Source: Centroscyllium fabricii
Lineage: Eukaryota
NCBI GenBank assembly: GCA_051313645.2
Contig: JBNRSN020000004.1
Span: 254,882,001 to 254,946,000 of the forward strand
Direction: 5' to 3'
Length of the DNA stretch: 64,000 nucleotides
A program made the translations under genes and the position numbers. The notes beneath the pieces are model-generated. The model saw nothing but the letters and a program-made list of their open reading frames with translations, was not told the DNA's origin and made no database searches. This document shows positions 24,453-35,452 of the stretch, one piece after another (position 1 is the stretch's first letter; each line of letters begins with the position of its first letter).

Positions 24453-27400
24453 GGGGGAAATATTTGTGTTTTCTAGCAAAGATGCCAGTGTCACTGGCAA
24501 CTTGAGTTAACAGCCGCTGAAAATGGCATCAACACTAAAGGAGCAAAATTGGTCTGGGGGCATGGAGATTGGTGCCACAGTGCTTAACTTCCATGCAATG
24601 CCGTCCTGGTGGCATTTTTGGAGGTATCCGCGATGAAGTTCCTGTCCAGGAGCAGCTTTGCAGCTTCCCACAGCCTCTGGAAGCGAGGCTGTGGCGATCG
24701 CAAGAAATTCTGGGTAATGAACAGGTTTGAGAATTAAAGGGTCGATGCACACTGAAGCAATACAAAATAAAATGAATTGAAACAAAGCAGTATTCAGCTT
24801 TTTCTGCCTTTAATAAAATATTTAACATTAAAAAGAAGTCCCAAATGCGAATATTCCACTCTTAAAGCTGATTTATCTTCATAACCTCAGCACATGGGAA
24901 AACTGCCTCAGCACTAACAGAAATGGCTCAGCAAGCCAGGGAAGAGACACCCAGGGTCTCTTACGCAGCACTCCAGCTTTTTGTAGGGGGTCAACACTGC
25001 AAGACAGGTCCTCTACCCACAAGGGCAGGAGCCATCCAGAAAGAAGGATGTGGGACCACATCACCGAGGCCGTCACTGCCAGCAGTGTCAGCCTCCACCA
25101 TCTGGCTCCAGTGCCCAAAGAAGCTTCATGACCTCAGACCACTGGTCAAGGTCAGTGAATACAACTTCAAAAGCCGTCTCCTACCAACTGCACCACTAGC
25201 CTCGCACACTGCTCGATACACCACCCCCAATCACTCACTTACCAACAACCTACACCAATCACGAGGCACATCTCCGATTTGTAGCCTCACCTCACCCCCT
25301 TGGAGAAGATGGTGCAGGCCATTCTTGGCAAGGGCTTGGTTGAGCCCTTGGTCAGCGGTGGGGATGAAAGGATACAAAATGCTGATATCCTCATTCGTTA
25401 TCCTCCTTCTAGCATGCACCACTTGCTTTCCCACTGTCCTCTCACCACAACTCCACCCTTGTGCCTTCCTCATTTCAAACACCCAAGAAATGCTGCCAGT
25501 CGGGCCAGTGGTTGACAAAGAAGAGGGAGAGGAGAGTGAAGAAGAACAAGAACAGAAGAAGATTTATTTCACATTCCCAGCCACCATCTCCTCAAGGTCA
25601 ACCAGCAAGGACATTTGCAGTGTCCCACATGGAAATTCAGCAGGCTTCCACTAGCCATGCTGCAGCCACTGGGGTAGCACTGCATGACAGCAGTAGGATA
25701 TACAAAGGTACACACAAGACACTCACTAAGAGAATGCATACAGGTGATGAGTTGATTTCTTGATGTCACATTGGATGGATAGACATATATAGGTGGATTG
25801 GAAAGATGGTTTTGTACTGGTTTTTATTTCAGCATTGTGGCCAAGTGGACATTGTGATGGTCGGTAACAGAGGGATGGTAAGGTGTGAGACTAATGTTGA
25901 AAGAGGAATTGGAGTTGTGGTCACTGGGACCGCAGGCAGATGATTCCATCCCAGATATCCTGGCCAGAAAGGGGCAGTTTGGCATGCATCCTTCTGTCTG
26001 ATTCCTCTTCATCTTCCTCCTCTTCAGCTTCTTCCTCTTCAGCTTCTTCCTCTTCAGCTTCCTCCTCTTCTGCTTCCTCCTCTTCTGTTTATTCCTCTTC
26101 CCTCTGTAAGCAGAGGCTGTGAATATGAAATGACAGCATAAAATGCTGGAAATACTCAGCTGGTCAGGCAGCACCTTGACCTGAGATCTAGGGGGGGATT
26201 TTCATGTCCCCGTGAGGCGGGGTTTTCGGCGGCCCGGCCGGCAAAATAGCAGAACTGGTGGGTCCCGACCTCCCCGGCCATATCCCCGCTGCTTCCTCAT
26301 TTTCCCCCACCCAGATTCCCCGCCCCGAAACCTTCCCGCCGCCGGCCGGCGGGGATGGGTTGTCACCTCGTTAAGGGTGCTTAATTGGCATCTTTAATGC
26401 CATTTTAAGGGCCCTCAGCCATTTTGCCCTGTTTCCCGCCCTAACCCCGTCACCTTAAACCCCGCTGGGTGAAACCCAGCTGGAGCACAGCGCTGGTTAT
26501 TACTTTCTCCTTCAAGGTGTGAAGGACATGCTGCCAAATGCTTGGCATGCCTCCAGCACCTTAGAGGAGTATGTCACTCTGTGCTGGCTGCAGCAGCTGT
26601 GAGCAGAAACTGAGAGAAACCTCAGCTCTGCACATTTCCTGACAGCCGGTGTGAGCTGTCATGGATTCTGAGCCCACCCGCCCACCTGTCAGTCACCAGT
26701 ACTTGACCGATCCCATTGGTTCCACTGCACTGTGATGTCACAGTGGAGTGTTTCCATGGGAACTGTCAACAACCAGTGCTGGAACTGGCAATCAAACACC
26801 TCGCAGCCCCGCTGGAGCCCGACTCGATTGACTTAATTACCCCCCACTGCCGCTGGCGGGGATTTAACAACCCAATTAAATTAAAATTGCGTAGCCTTCC
26901 CACCTGTTTGGGCGGGTGGGACAGGAAGCCGCCCTGACCAATCCCCGCCAGGTTCCCACCCTTCCGGCAAAGTCCCCCCCGTGAACTCTGTTTTTCTCCC
27001 AACGGATGTGAGTATTCGCAGCATGTTCTGTCTTCTCAAAGGCCTTAATTTACCATCTGAGCCCTTGCAAGCATCCAGCAGCACTCCCTACACACTTAAA
27101 AAACTTTTCACACCTATTACAGCAAGCCACATCTTCAATAAAATCAAAAAGAAATCCAAAACCTTACATTCAAACTTACCTAACGATGTGTGTGTCCCTT
27201 TACGAGGTCCAGGCATTGACACTGTCAGCCTGCTTGCACATAGGTTAGAATTCAGTGCTAGGGTTGAAGGTCACGCTGGCATTAAGTCAGCGATGCGTGC
27301 CGAATTACATCACTACCCCGCCATTTTTTTTCCCAGGGCGCTGCCATTTATCGGTAGCGCCACTGGGGAGAGAAATATGGCAGCCGCCGCCGGACCCACC

Positions 27401-27460
27401 ACTTGTTGGTGAAACAGCGGCGGCCGCCATTTTATCGCCATTTCATGGTGTTATGGAGTG
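24453..27460 (+). mobile_element. Internally deleted Harbinger element with Myb/SANT-like gene remnant (~24923-25150, +) and transposase 3' remnant (~25870-26110, -)
   Basis: MAQQAREETPRVSYAAL... and a W..I...V.....W.QC.KK..DL pattern; acidic transposase tail; inverted paralogue at 58337-60631. Confidence 0.7.
26191..26980. mobile_element. Harbinger-type MITE nested in the element above
   Basis: TIRs gggggggatttt / aaagtccccccc; similar to 49728-50631. Confidence 0.7.
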
Positions 27461-28814
27461 ATGGTAAATAGATGCAGTTCAAGCACATAGAATCTTACAG
27501 CACAGAAGTAGGCCATTCGGCCCATCGTGCCTGACCCGGCTCTTTAAAAGAGCTGTCCAAATTAGTATCACACCCCAACATTTTCCCCATAACCTTGCAA
27601 ATTAGTCCTCTTCCAGTACATGTCCCATTGCCTTTTGAAAGTTCCTATGGAATCTGATTCCATCATCCTTTCAGGTAGTGCGTTCCAGATCTTAACAACC
27701 CTCCATGTGAAAACAAGTCTCCTCATTTCCCTTCTAGTTCTTTTGCCAATTATTTTAAATCTGTGACCTTTGATTACTGATCCAGTTGCCAGAGGAAACA
27801 GTTTCTCACTACTTGCTCTATTAAACCCCTCATAATTTTGAATACCTCTGTTAGGTCTCCCCTTAGCTTCTCTAGGAGAACAATTGCAGTTTCTCCAATC
27901 TTTCCACAAAATTGAAGTCCCTCATCCCTGGTATCATCCTGGTAAACCTCCTATGTACCCTCTCTGGGGCCTTGACATCTTTCCTAAAGTGTGGTGCTCA
28001 GAATTGAACACAATACTCCAGCTGAGGCCTAACCAGAGATTTGTAAAGGTTTATCATAACTTCTTTGATTTTAATTCAATGGCCCTATTTACAAAGCTAA
28101 ATATTCCACAGGCTTTCTTCACTACCTTATCAACTTGCCCTGCCACCTTCAAAGATTTGTGAAAATGCACCCTCTGTTCTTGCACCCCCCTCAAAATAGT
28201 ACCATTTAGATTATACTGCCACTCACTGTTGTTCCTTCCAAAGTGCATCACTTCACACTTATCCACATTAAATTGCACCTGCCATGTGTTTGCCCATTTC
28301 ACCAGTCTGCCTATGTCCTCCTGAAGTATGCTACTATCCAATGATTTGTATCATCCGCAAACTTCAAAATTGTACTCCCTATACCCAAGTCCAGATCATT
28401 TATATATAACAAGAAAAGCAATGATCCTAATATCGATCCCAAGGGGACCCCACTGCATGGTTCTCTCCAGTCAGAAAAATATTCATTCACCACTATTCTC
28501 TGCCTCCTAAACCTTAGCCAAACACATAACCAAGTTATCACCAACCCTTTAATACCATGTGCTTCTAATTTCTGAATGAGTCTGTTAAGTAGTGCTTTAT
28601 TAAATGCCTTTTGAAAGTGTAGCGAGGTCGCTGACTTAATTAAAAGACGACTCGTAGTTACCATTAATACTAGGCTTTTAATTAATAAAGAATAGAGGTA
28701 TCTCTTCGGTAGATTCATACTGTAAAGGCAGGAATCGAATCAGACCACAACCTTTATAGTGCTCCACCTGGAGGGAGGAGTCGGAGGTGTGGCTGACCCG
28801 CTTCCAGCAACATA

Positions 28815-31800
28815 TCAGCACACAGGTATACAACAATGGTATCCCATATAAGGGATACCCAAATATGGGTTACCACATTCACCCCTTGTTAAAAACTTTG
28901 AGTCCGGGGGGGCGGGGTGAATGCCTTGTTGAAAACTTTGAGTCCAGGGGGGAGGGGGTGAAGACAGTGAACAGTTCACAATGAGTCTCTCCGGCGGCCG
29001 CGTCTGTCTTGCCGACCGCCGGGGTTCCGATGTTGGTTGTGATGGCCCCATGGCCGAATAGTCTGCCTCCGTCGTCGATGGTAGGTCGACTTGCTGGCCA
29101 GTCGGGGGAGCCGTGGCGGTGTTGCCGGCCGGAGCCAGGTCCCTGATGGACACGGTGTCCTCACGCCCGTCTGGGAACTGCACAAAAGCATATTGTGGGT
29201 TGGCGTGTAGGAGCTGTACCTGGTCCACCAGGGGGTCCGTCTTGTGGCCCCGAACGTGCCTTTTAAGAAACACCGGCCCAGGGGTCGTCAGCCATGGTGG
29301 GAGCGCCGTCCCCGAAGATGATCTCCTGCTGAAAGAGAAAACAAGGTCGTGCGGGGTGGCATTAGTAGCTGTACATAATAACGACCTAATAGAGTGCAAT
29401 GCGCCTGGGAGGACTGCCTGCCAGTGGGACACTGGAAGGCCTCTGGACTTGAGGGCCAGGGTGACCGCCTTCCAGATAATCCCATTCTCCCTTTCTACCT
29501 GGCCGTTCCCCCGGGGGTTGTAACTGGTCGTTCTGCTCGTGGCAACCCCTTTCTGGAGCAGGAACTGACGCAGTTCATCGCTCATGAACGATGACCCCCG
29601 GTCGCTATGGATGTAGCTGGGGAAACCGAAGATGGCGAACAGCGTGGTGAAGTGTTTGATCACCGTTGCGCTCGTCATGTCTGGGCAGGGGAAGGCGAAG
29701 GGGAAACGGGAGAACTCGTCCACTACCGTGAGGAAGTATGAGTTGCGGTCGGTGGAGGGAAGGGGGCCTTTGAAGTCTACGCTGAGGCGTTCAAAGGGGC
29801 GAGTGGCCTTAATGAGGTGCGCCGTGTCTGGCCGGAAAAAGTGGGGTTTGCACTCAGCGCAGACAGGGCAATCTCGGGTCATATCCTTGATCTCCGTGAT
29901 GGAGTAGGGGAGATTATTAGCTTTGACAAAATGGGCGAGTCTGGTGACACCCGGGTGGCAGAGGCGGTCGTGGAGGTCCTTCAGCCGGTCTAGCTGGGCA
30001 CTGGCGCACGTTCCCCTGGACAGTGCGTCCGGTGGTTCATTGAGTTTACCTGGTCGGTAAAGAATGTCATACTCGTAAGTCGAGAGTTCGATCCGCCACC
30101 GCATGATCTTGTCATTCTTGATTTTACCCCGTAGTTTATTGTTAAACATAAACGCCACCGACCGTTGGTCGGTGAGCAGGGTAAAACGCTTACCGGCCAG
30201 GTAATGACGCCAGTAGCGCACGGCCTCCACAATGGCCTGGGCCTCCTTTTCCACTGCTGAGTGGCGAGTTTCGGGTCCCTGTAAGGTGCGGGAGAAAAAC
30301 GCTACGGGCCTGCCTGCCTGATTCAGGGTGGCAGCAAGGGCAAAGTCCGAAGCGTCACTCTCCACCTGGAAAGGGATGGATTCATCAACAGCGTGCATGG
30401 TCGCCTTGATGATATCTCCTTTTATCTTTTCGAATGCCGTTTGAGCTTCTATAGAAAGAGGGAAGACGGCAGCCTTGAGGAGTGGTCTAGCCTTGTCTGC
30501 GAACTGCGGGACCCATTGTGCATAGTAGGAGAACAATCCTAGAGATCTCTTCAAGGCTTTGGGGTTGTGAGGTAGGGGCAGTTCCTGAAGGGGTCGTATA
30601 CGCTGTGGGTCGGGGCCAAGGACCCCGTTCTCCACCACATATCCGAGGATGGCGATCCGGGTTGTATTAAAGACACATTTGTCTTTGTTATACGTAAGGT
30701 CCAGCTTAGCCGCCGTGTCAAGAAATTTGGCTAGGTTGGCATCGTGGTCTTGCTGGTCGTGGCCGCAGATGGTCACGTTGTCCAGGTAGGGGAAAGTGGC
30801 CTGCAAGTCATTTTGATCAACCATACAGTCCATCTCCCGCTGGAACACTGACACTCCGTTGGTCACGCCAAAGGGGACCCGGAGGAAGTGGTAGAGCCGA
30901 CCGTTCGCCTCGAAGGCGGTGTAGGGGCGGTCAGCTCTCCGGATCGGGAGCTGGTGATACGCCGATTTAAGGTCGATCGTGGAGAACACCTTGTACTGGG
31001 CGATCTGATTGACCATTTCCGAGATGCGGGGAAGGGGGTAGGCGTCGAGCCCGGTGTAGCGGTTAATGGTCTGGCTGTAATCGATAACCATCCGATGTTT
31101 CTCGCCAGTCTTAACGACTACAACCTGGGCCCGCCAGGGGCTGGTGCTGGCTTCAATAATCCCCTCCTTTAGCATCCGCCCGACCTCCGACCTGATAAAC
31201 GTGCGGTCCCCCTCGCTGTACCGCCGACTCTTAGTGGCGATAGGTTTGCACTTCGGATCGAGGTTGGCGAACAGCGAGGGGGGATCGATTCTCAGGGTGG
31301 AGAGGCCGCAGGCCGGGGTCCGCTTTGGGGGGAGATTGTCCCGGCTACTGAGGGTGAGTGGGGGAAGGGTCCCGCCGAACTCCATTGTCACACTCCTGAA
31401 GTGGCACAGGAAGTCCAGACCTAGTAAGGCTGGGGCACACAACTGCTGGAGGGTATACAATTTAAAATTACGGTACACGCGTCCCTGGACGGTGAGCGTG
31501 ACGGAGCAGTAGCCGGTGACGTCCGCGGTGTGGGACTGTGAAGCTAATGAGACCTGGTAGTTAGTGGGCAGGACCTGCAGTCCGAAGCGCCGCACTGTAT
31601 TAGGGTTTATGAAGCTTTCGGTGCTGCCCGTGTCAAAAAGGCATTCAACCGTGTGATCGTTGATCTTGATTGGCCTTATGGAGTTAGACAGGGTGTGGGG
31701 ATTGTCCTGGCTAACTGTAGATCCGGTCGCCGCAGCCCCTGCCGCAGGGAGCTGCGCACAAAATGGCCACCCCCCTGGTTTGCACATGGAGGGGACCTGA

Positions 31801-33266
31801 CAAAATGGCCGCCCCGCACAAAATGGCTGCCCCCCACAAAATGGCCGCCCCCCTGGCTTGCACATGGAGGGGACCTGACAAAATGGCCGCCCCCCTGGCT
31901 TGCACAGGGGGGTGCCTGGGGGAAGACAAGATGGGGCTAACATCCCATTCACAGTACTGGCCTGTATCGAGTGACCTGAGGGAAGACAAAACGAGGTTAG
32001 TTCAGTTTGTGCTGGTTCTTTTGAGCCGCCAGTACTGGCCTGCATCGGGTGACCTGAGGGAAGACAAAACGAGGTTAGTTTAGTTCGTGCTGGTTCCTGC
32101 TGACACGGTGCCCGCAGCTCCCCGCTGTCCTGAGCCGCCGGCAGCTCCCGCTGTGCTGGCTCTGGCTGGATGGGAGCGGGTATCGAGGCTCTTGAGCCGC
32201 CGGCAGCTCCCGCTGTGCTGGCTCTGTCGGCGTTGGCTGGATGGGAGCGGGGATCGAGGCTCTTGAGCCGCCGGCAGCTCCCGCTGTGCTGGCTCTGTCG
32301 GCGTTGGCTGGATGGGAGCGGGGATCGAGGCTCTTGAGCCGCCGGCAGCTCCCGCTGTGCTGGCTCTGTCGGCGTTGGCTGGATGGGAGCGGGGATCGAG
32401 GCTCTTGAGCCGCCGGCAGCTCCCGCTGTGCTGGCTCGGTCGGTCGCGTCGGGATGGGAGCGGGGATCGAGGCTCTTGAGCCGCCGGCAGCTCCCGCTGT
32501 GCTGGCTCGGTCGGTCGCGTCGGGATGGGAGCGGGGATCGAGGCTCTTGAGCCGCCGGCAGCTCCCGCTGTGCTGGCTCGGTCGGTCGCCGTGCCGGCGG
32601 CGCTCCTAACTGGCCCGCAGTCGGCCGCGTTGTAGGATCTCGTCTGAGGCCGGTCGGTCGCCTCGGGATGGGGGAAGGGGGCACTCGCCGTTGGTGAGTA
32701 ATACTGCAATTGCAGCTTACCTGAGCCTCCTGCCCGTGCTGGTTGATTTCACAGGCTGTTTGCTGGATTTCACTGCAAATGCCGTTTGTCTGCTGGTTGA
32801 TTTCACAGGCTTTGTTGTTCCTTTTTGATGCTAGATTCGATCTGCAGAGCTTTGAAAAGTGCCCTTTCTTGGAACATTTGTCACAGGTTGCCGTCTTGGC
32901 TGGACACTTTGCCCTGGGGTGCAATCCTTTGCCGCAAAAATAGCATTGTCTATGCTTAGTGTCCGTGGTGGCCGTCGCGGCCCTGGTGGGGCTCTCAATC
33001 CGTGGCGCCTGTTGGGTCGCGGCCCAAACGTAGTACCTCTTGAGGGTCGCCACCGTTTCCACGTAGGTTGTATGTTTCTCAATGAGGGCGAAAACCCTGC
33101 CGGAGATGGTTGTTAGCAGTACTCGTAGTTTTTGCGTATCCGATTCAGCCCTGACGGCCGCCATATAGGCCTCTAGTGCTCCGAACCAGAGCTTGAAGGT
33201 GATCGGTGCCGCGGCCTCCCGGGGGCTAATGCTCAGCTCCTGAGGCCTTACCGTGCTGCTCTCCAT
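28815..33266 (-). CDS. Single Gag-Pol polyprotein, 1483 aa (short Gag, two zinc knuckles, repeat linker, protease, RT, RNase H, integrase)
   Basis: CYFCG..H...C and CDKCSKKGHFSKLC; LFDTGS; IDLKSAYHQ, VPFG, YLDN; ESDAS/VEKE/LTDQ; HHCC, VDFKGP, HSDRG, GQVEREN; uninterrupted. Confidence 0.93.
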   Translation of the reverse strand: MESSTVRPQELSISPREAAAPITFKLWFGALEAYMAAVRAESDTQKLRVLLTTISGRVFALIEKHTTYVETVATLKRYYVWAATQQAPRIESPTRAATATTDTKHRQCYFCGKGLHPRAKCPAKTATCDKCSKKGHFSKLCRSNLASKRNNKACEINQQTNGICSEIQQTACEINQHGQEAQVSCNCSITHQRRVPPSPIPRRPTGLRRDPTTRPTAGQLGAPPARRPTEPAQRELPAAQEPRSPLPSRRDRPSQHSGSCRRLKSLDPRSHPDATDRASTAGAAGGSRASIPAPIQPTPTEPAQRELPAAQEPRSPLPSSQRRQSQHSGSCRRLKSLDPRSHPANADRASTAGAAGGSRASIPAPIQPEPAQRELPAAQDSGELRAPCQQEPARTKLTSFCLPSGHPMQASTGGSKEPAQTELTSFCLPSGHSIQASTVNGMLAPSCLPPGTPLCKPGGRPFCQVPSMCKPGGRPFCGGQPFCAGRPFCQVPSMCKPGGWPFCAQLPAAGAAATGSTVSQDNPHTLSNSIRPIKINDHTVECLFDTGSTESFINPNTVRRFGLQVLPTNYQVSLASQSHTADVTGYCSVTLTVQGRVYRNFKLYTLQQLCAPALLGLDFLCHFRSVTMEFGGTLPPLTLSSRDNLPPKRTPACGLSTLRIDPPSLFANLDPKCKPIATKSRRYSEGDRTFIRSEVGRMLKEGIIEASTSPWRAQVVVVKTGEKHRMVIDYSQTINRYTGLDAYPLPRISEMVNQIAQYKVFSTIDLKSAYHQLPIRRADRPYTAFEANGRLYHFLRVPFGVTNGVSVFQREMDCMVDQNDLQATFPYLDNVTICGHDQQDHDANLAKFLDTAAKLDLTYNKDKCVFNTTRIAILGYVVENGVLGPDPQRIRPLQELPLPHNPKALKRSLGLFSYYAQWVPQFADKARPLLKAAVFPLSIEAQTAFEKIKGDIIKATMHAVDESIPFQVESDASDFALAATLNQAGRPVAFFSRTLQGPETRHSAVEKEAQAIVEAVRYWRHYLAGKRFTLLTDQRSVAFMFNNKLRGKIKNDKIMRWRIELSTYEYDILYRPGKLNEPPDALSRGTCASAQLDRLKDLHDRLCHPGVTRLAHFVKANNLPYSITEIKDMTRDCPVCAECKPHFFRPDTAHLIKATRPFERLSVDFKGPLPSTDRNSYFLTVVDEFSRFPFAFPCPDMTSATVIKHFTTLFAIFGFPSYIHSDRGSSFMSDELRQFLLQKGVATSRTTSYNPRGNGQVERENGIIWKAVTLALKSRGLPVSHWQAVLPGALHSIRSLLCTATNATPHDLVFSFSRRSSSGTALPPWLTTPGPVFLKRHVRGHKTDPLVDQVQLLHANPQYAFVQFPDGREDTVSIRDLAPAGNTATAPPTGQQVDLPSTTEADYSAMGPSQPTSEPRRSARQTRPPERLIVNCSLSSPPPPWTQSFQQGIHPAPPDSKFLTRGECGNPYLGIPYMGYHCCIPVC
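32127..32590. repeat. 71-bp tandem array (~6.5 copies) inside the gag-pol ORF
   Basis: ctcttgagcc recurs at 32189, 32260, 32331, 32402, 32473, 32544; one shortened 62-bp unit near 32127. Confidence 0.95.
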
Positions 33267-33754
33267 TGTAAAAATTATTAATTAAAATTGTAGCGAGGTC
33301 GCTGACTTAATTAAAAGATGACTCGTAGTTACCATTAATACTAGGCTTTTAATTAATAAAGAATAGAGGTATCTCTTCGGTAGATTCATACTGTAAAGGC
33401 AGGAATCGAATCAGACCACAACCTTTATAGTGCTCCACCTGGAGGGAGGAGTCGGAGGTGTGGCTGACCCGCTTCCAGCAACATATCAGCACACAGGTAT
33501 ACAACAATGGTATCCCATATAAGGGATACCCAAATATGGGTTACCACAGAAAGTAATATATATAACACCTACTGCACTATCTTCATCAACCATCGCTGTT
33601 ACTTCATCAAATAAATTAATCAGGTTAGTCAGACATGATTTGCCATTAACAAATCTGTGTTGGTTCTCTCTTATTAACCCATGCTTCTACAAGTGAGAAT
33701 TCACTTTGTCCTTGACAATGGTCTCTAGTAGTTATTCCACTACTGACATTAGAC

Positions 33755-34104
33755 CAGGGGTCCCCAATTACCGGGCCGCGGACCGGTACCGGGTCGTGGA
33801 TCATTTGGTACCGGGCCGCACAGAAAGAATAAAAACGTTTTAATTTTTATTTTATTTCCATTTTATTGACTATCGCAGTCTGCAGGGTGTTTTATTTTGA
33901 AAAATGACCACTTCCGTCTGTGCCTCTTTTCCGCACTTGTCTCAGTCGCAGTTTTTTTCCATGCACCGATAAATTAAGCCCACAAGCTAATTCTTCCCCC
34001 CCGGTCCGTGGAAAAATTGTCCTGCATGAAACTGGTCCGTGGTCCGTGGAAAAATTGTCCTGCATGAAACTGGTCCGTGGTGCAAAAAAGGTTGGGGATC
34101 GCTG
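33755..34104. mobile_element. hAT (Charlie-like) MITE
   Basis: Termini caggggtcccca / ttggggatcgctg; 8-bp TSD cattagac / cattagat. Confidence 0.88.
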
Positions 34105-35452
34105 CATTAGATGGACTGGTCTGTAGTTACCTGGTTTATCCCTCTCCCCTTTTTTGAATACGTCCCTTAGCAACCTAAGATGCACCCCACCTGGACTAGG
34201 TTACTTGTTAATTTTAAGTGATGCCAACCTATTTAGCATCTCCTTTCTATTTATTTGTATCCTATCCAATATCTCTACTTCCTCCTCCTCTACTGTGACA
34301 TTGGGAGGAATTTTCATCCACAAAAATGGATGGGTTTTGGCTGGCTGGGAAATTAAAATTAAAAAAATCTCAAACCGAAACCCAACCCACCTCGACCATG
34401 CTAACTTCCGATTTTAATAGAGGCAGGACAGGGGGGCGGGTGACCAACCCACTCCCACAAGGTGGATCCACATTTAAATATTTTAATGAGTGCCTCAGAT
34501 TTATTCTCTCTTCTAGCTTTAACTCTGGCCAGCTGGGTTTCTTGGGCCTCGGGAATTCCGGCAGCTAAAGGGAGGCGAGGACTGCTCCATGGAAGAGTTA
34601 CGTGCTTTTCCAGCACTGCTTGTGGGCCAGGAGGAGCAGGATTGCTTCCCACCAGCCTCTCAAGGGAACCTGTTAACCTCCCCAACAATTGGACCGACCT
34701 CCCCCGCCCTCCCTGAGAAAGCCAGCAGATAAGACTCATGCACAAATATCAAAAGTGACCAGTGAGTTGGTGATAAATAACATTCAGTAGTGCTGCTGTG
34801 TTGGACAGAAGCTGAAAAATGTCATTTTCAGGAATTGTATGCTACATATTGGTTGCAGTATAACTTGTTTTAACATCTGCGACCTTTTAGGAAAGGATTG
34901 AAAATCTCCCTGCAAAACAGATCACAGATAGACACTCCATGTATTTTCCATTATAGTTACCAATCCCTACTTTGACAGCAGTCATGTTAGTTATGGTGCA
35001 ATACTGGAATTTAATCATTCCAGTGGATCACCTGGAACTTATGTTTCATTGTGGTACTTGGCTATCTTACTCGCTGATGTCTGTCAGTGGGTAATTGGCT
35101 CTGGTTTATACTCACACAGATCAGTTTTGCACAATGCATAAGGCTATTACAGCTTCTGAAATTATTACCTCAGTTTTAAAGAAGTCAAAATGAATGGTTT
35201 GAACTAGTTATTGAGTCATAGTCCATGGCAGTACTTAACATAATAGTCTACTATTACTGTTGATTATTTTAGCGAATACATGCTTCACATTTTCATTTGA
35301 CATTATTCTGTTTGTTAATTTAGCAGGGCCATTGAGCTATTTTAAATAAACAGGATAATGTCTGTGTTAAAATAGCAGAGGAATGTCATTTGAACACATT
35401 CAACATTCATCCGCTAATATCACTAATAGTAATTCCTGAGCTAATAACACAA

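Larger units (their letters stand above)
28618..33548 (-). mobile_element. Very young Ty3/Gypsy LTR retrotransposon of a YLDN lineage lacking a tRNA PBS
   Basis: 260-bp LTRs 28618-28877 and 33289-33548 with one visible mismatch; TG...CA termini; 5-bp TSD gaaag; purine-rich tract beside 28878. Confidence 0.97.
27486..34300 (-). mobile_element. CR1 LINE 3' portion interrupted by a Gypsy element and a hAT MITE
   Basis: CR1 tail at ~27486-27560; RT motifs SGVPLGSILG, YINDL, KFADDT (28311..28617); FKKG.R..PGNYRPV near 34150. Confidence 0.88.

Noticed and set aside
32127-32590. CRISPR-like appearance of this array and of 7843-8440
   Set aside because: Head-to-tail repeats with no unique spacers, no cas genes, eukaryotic context
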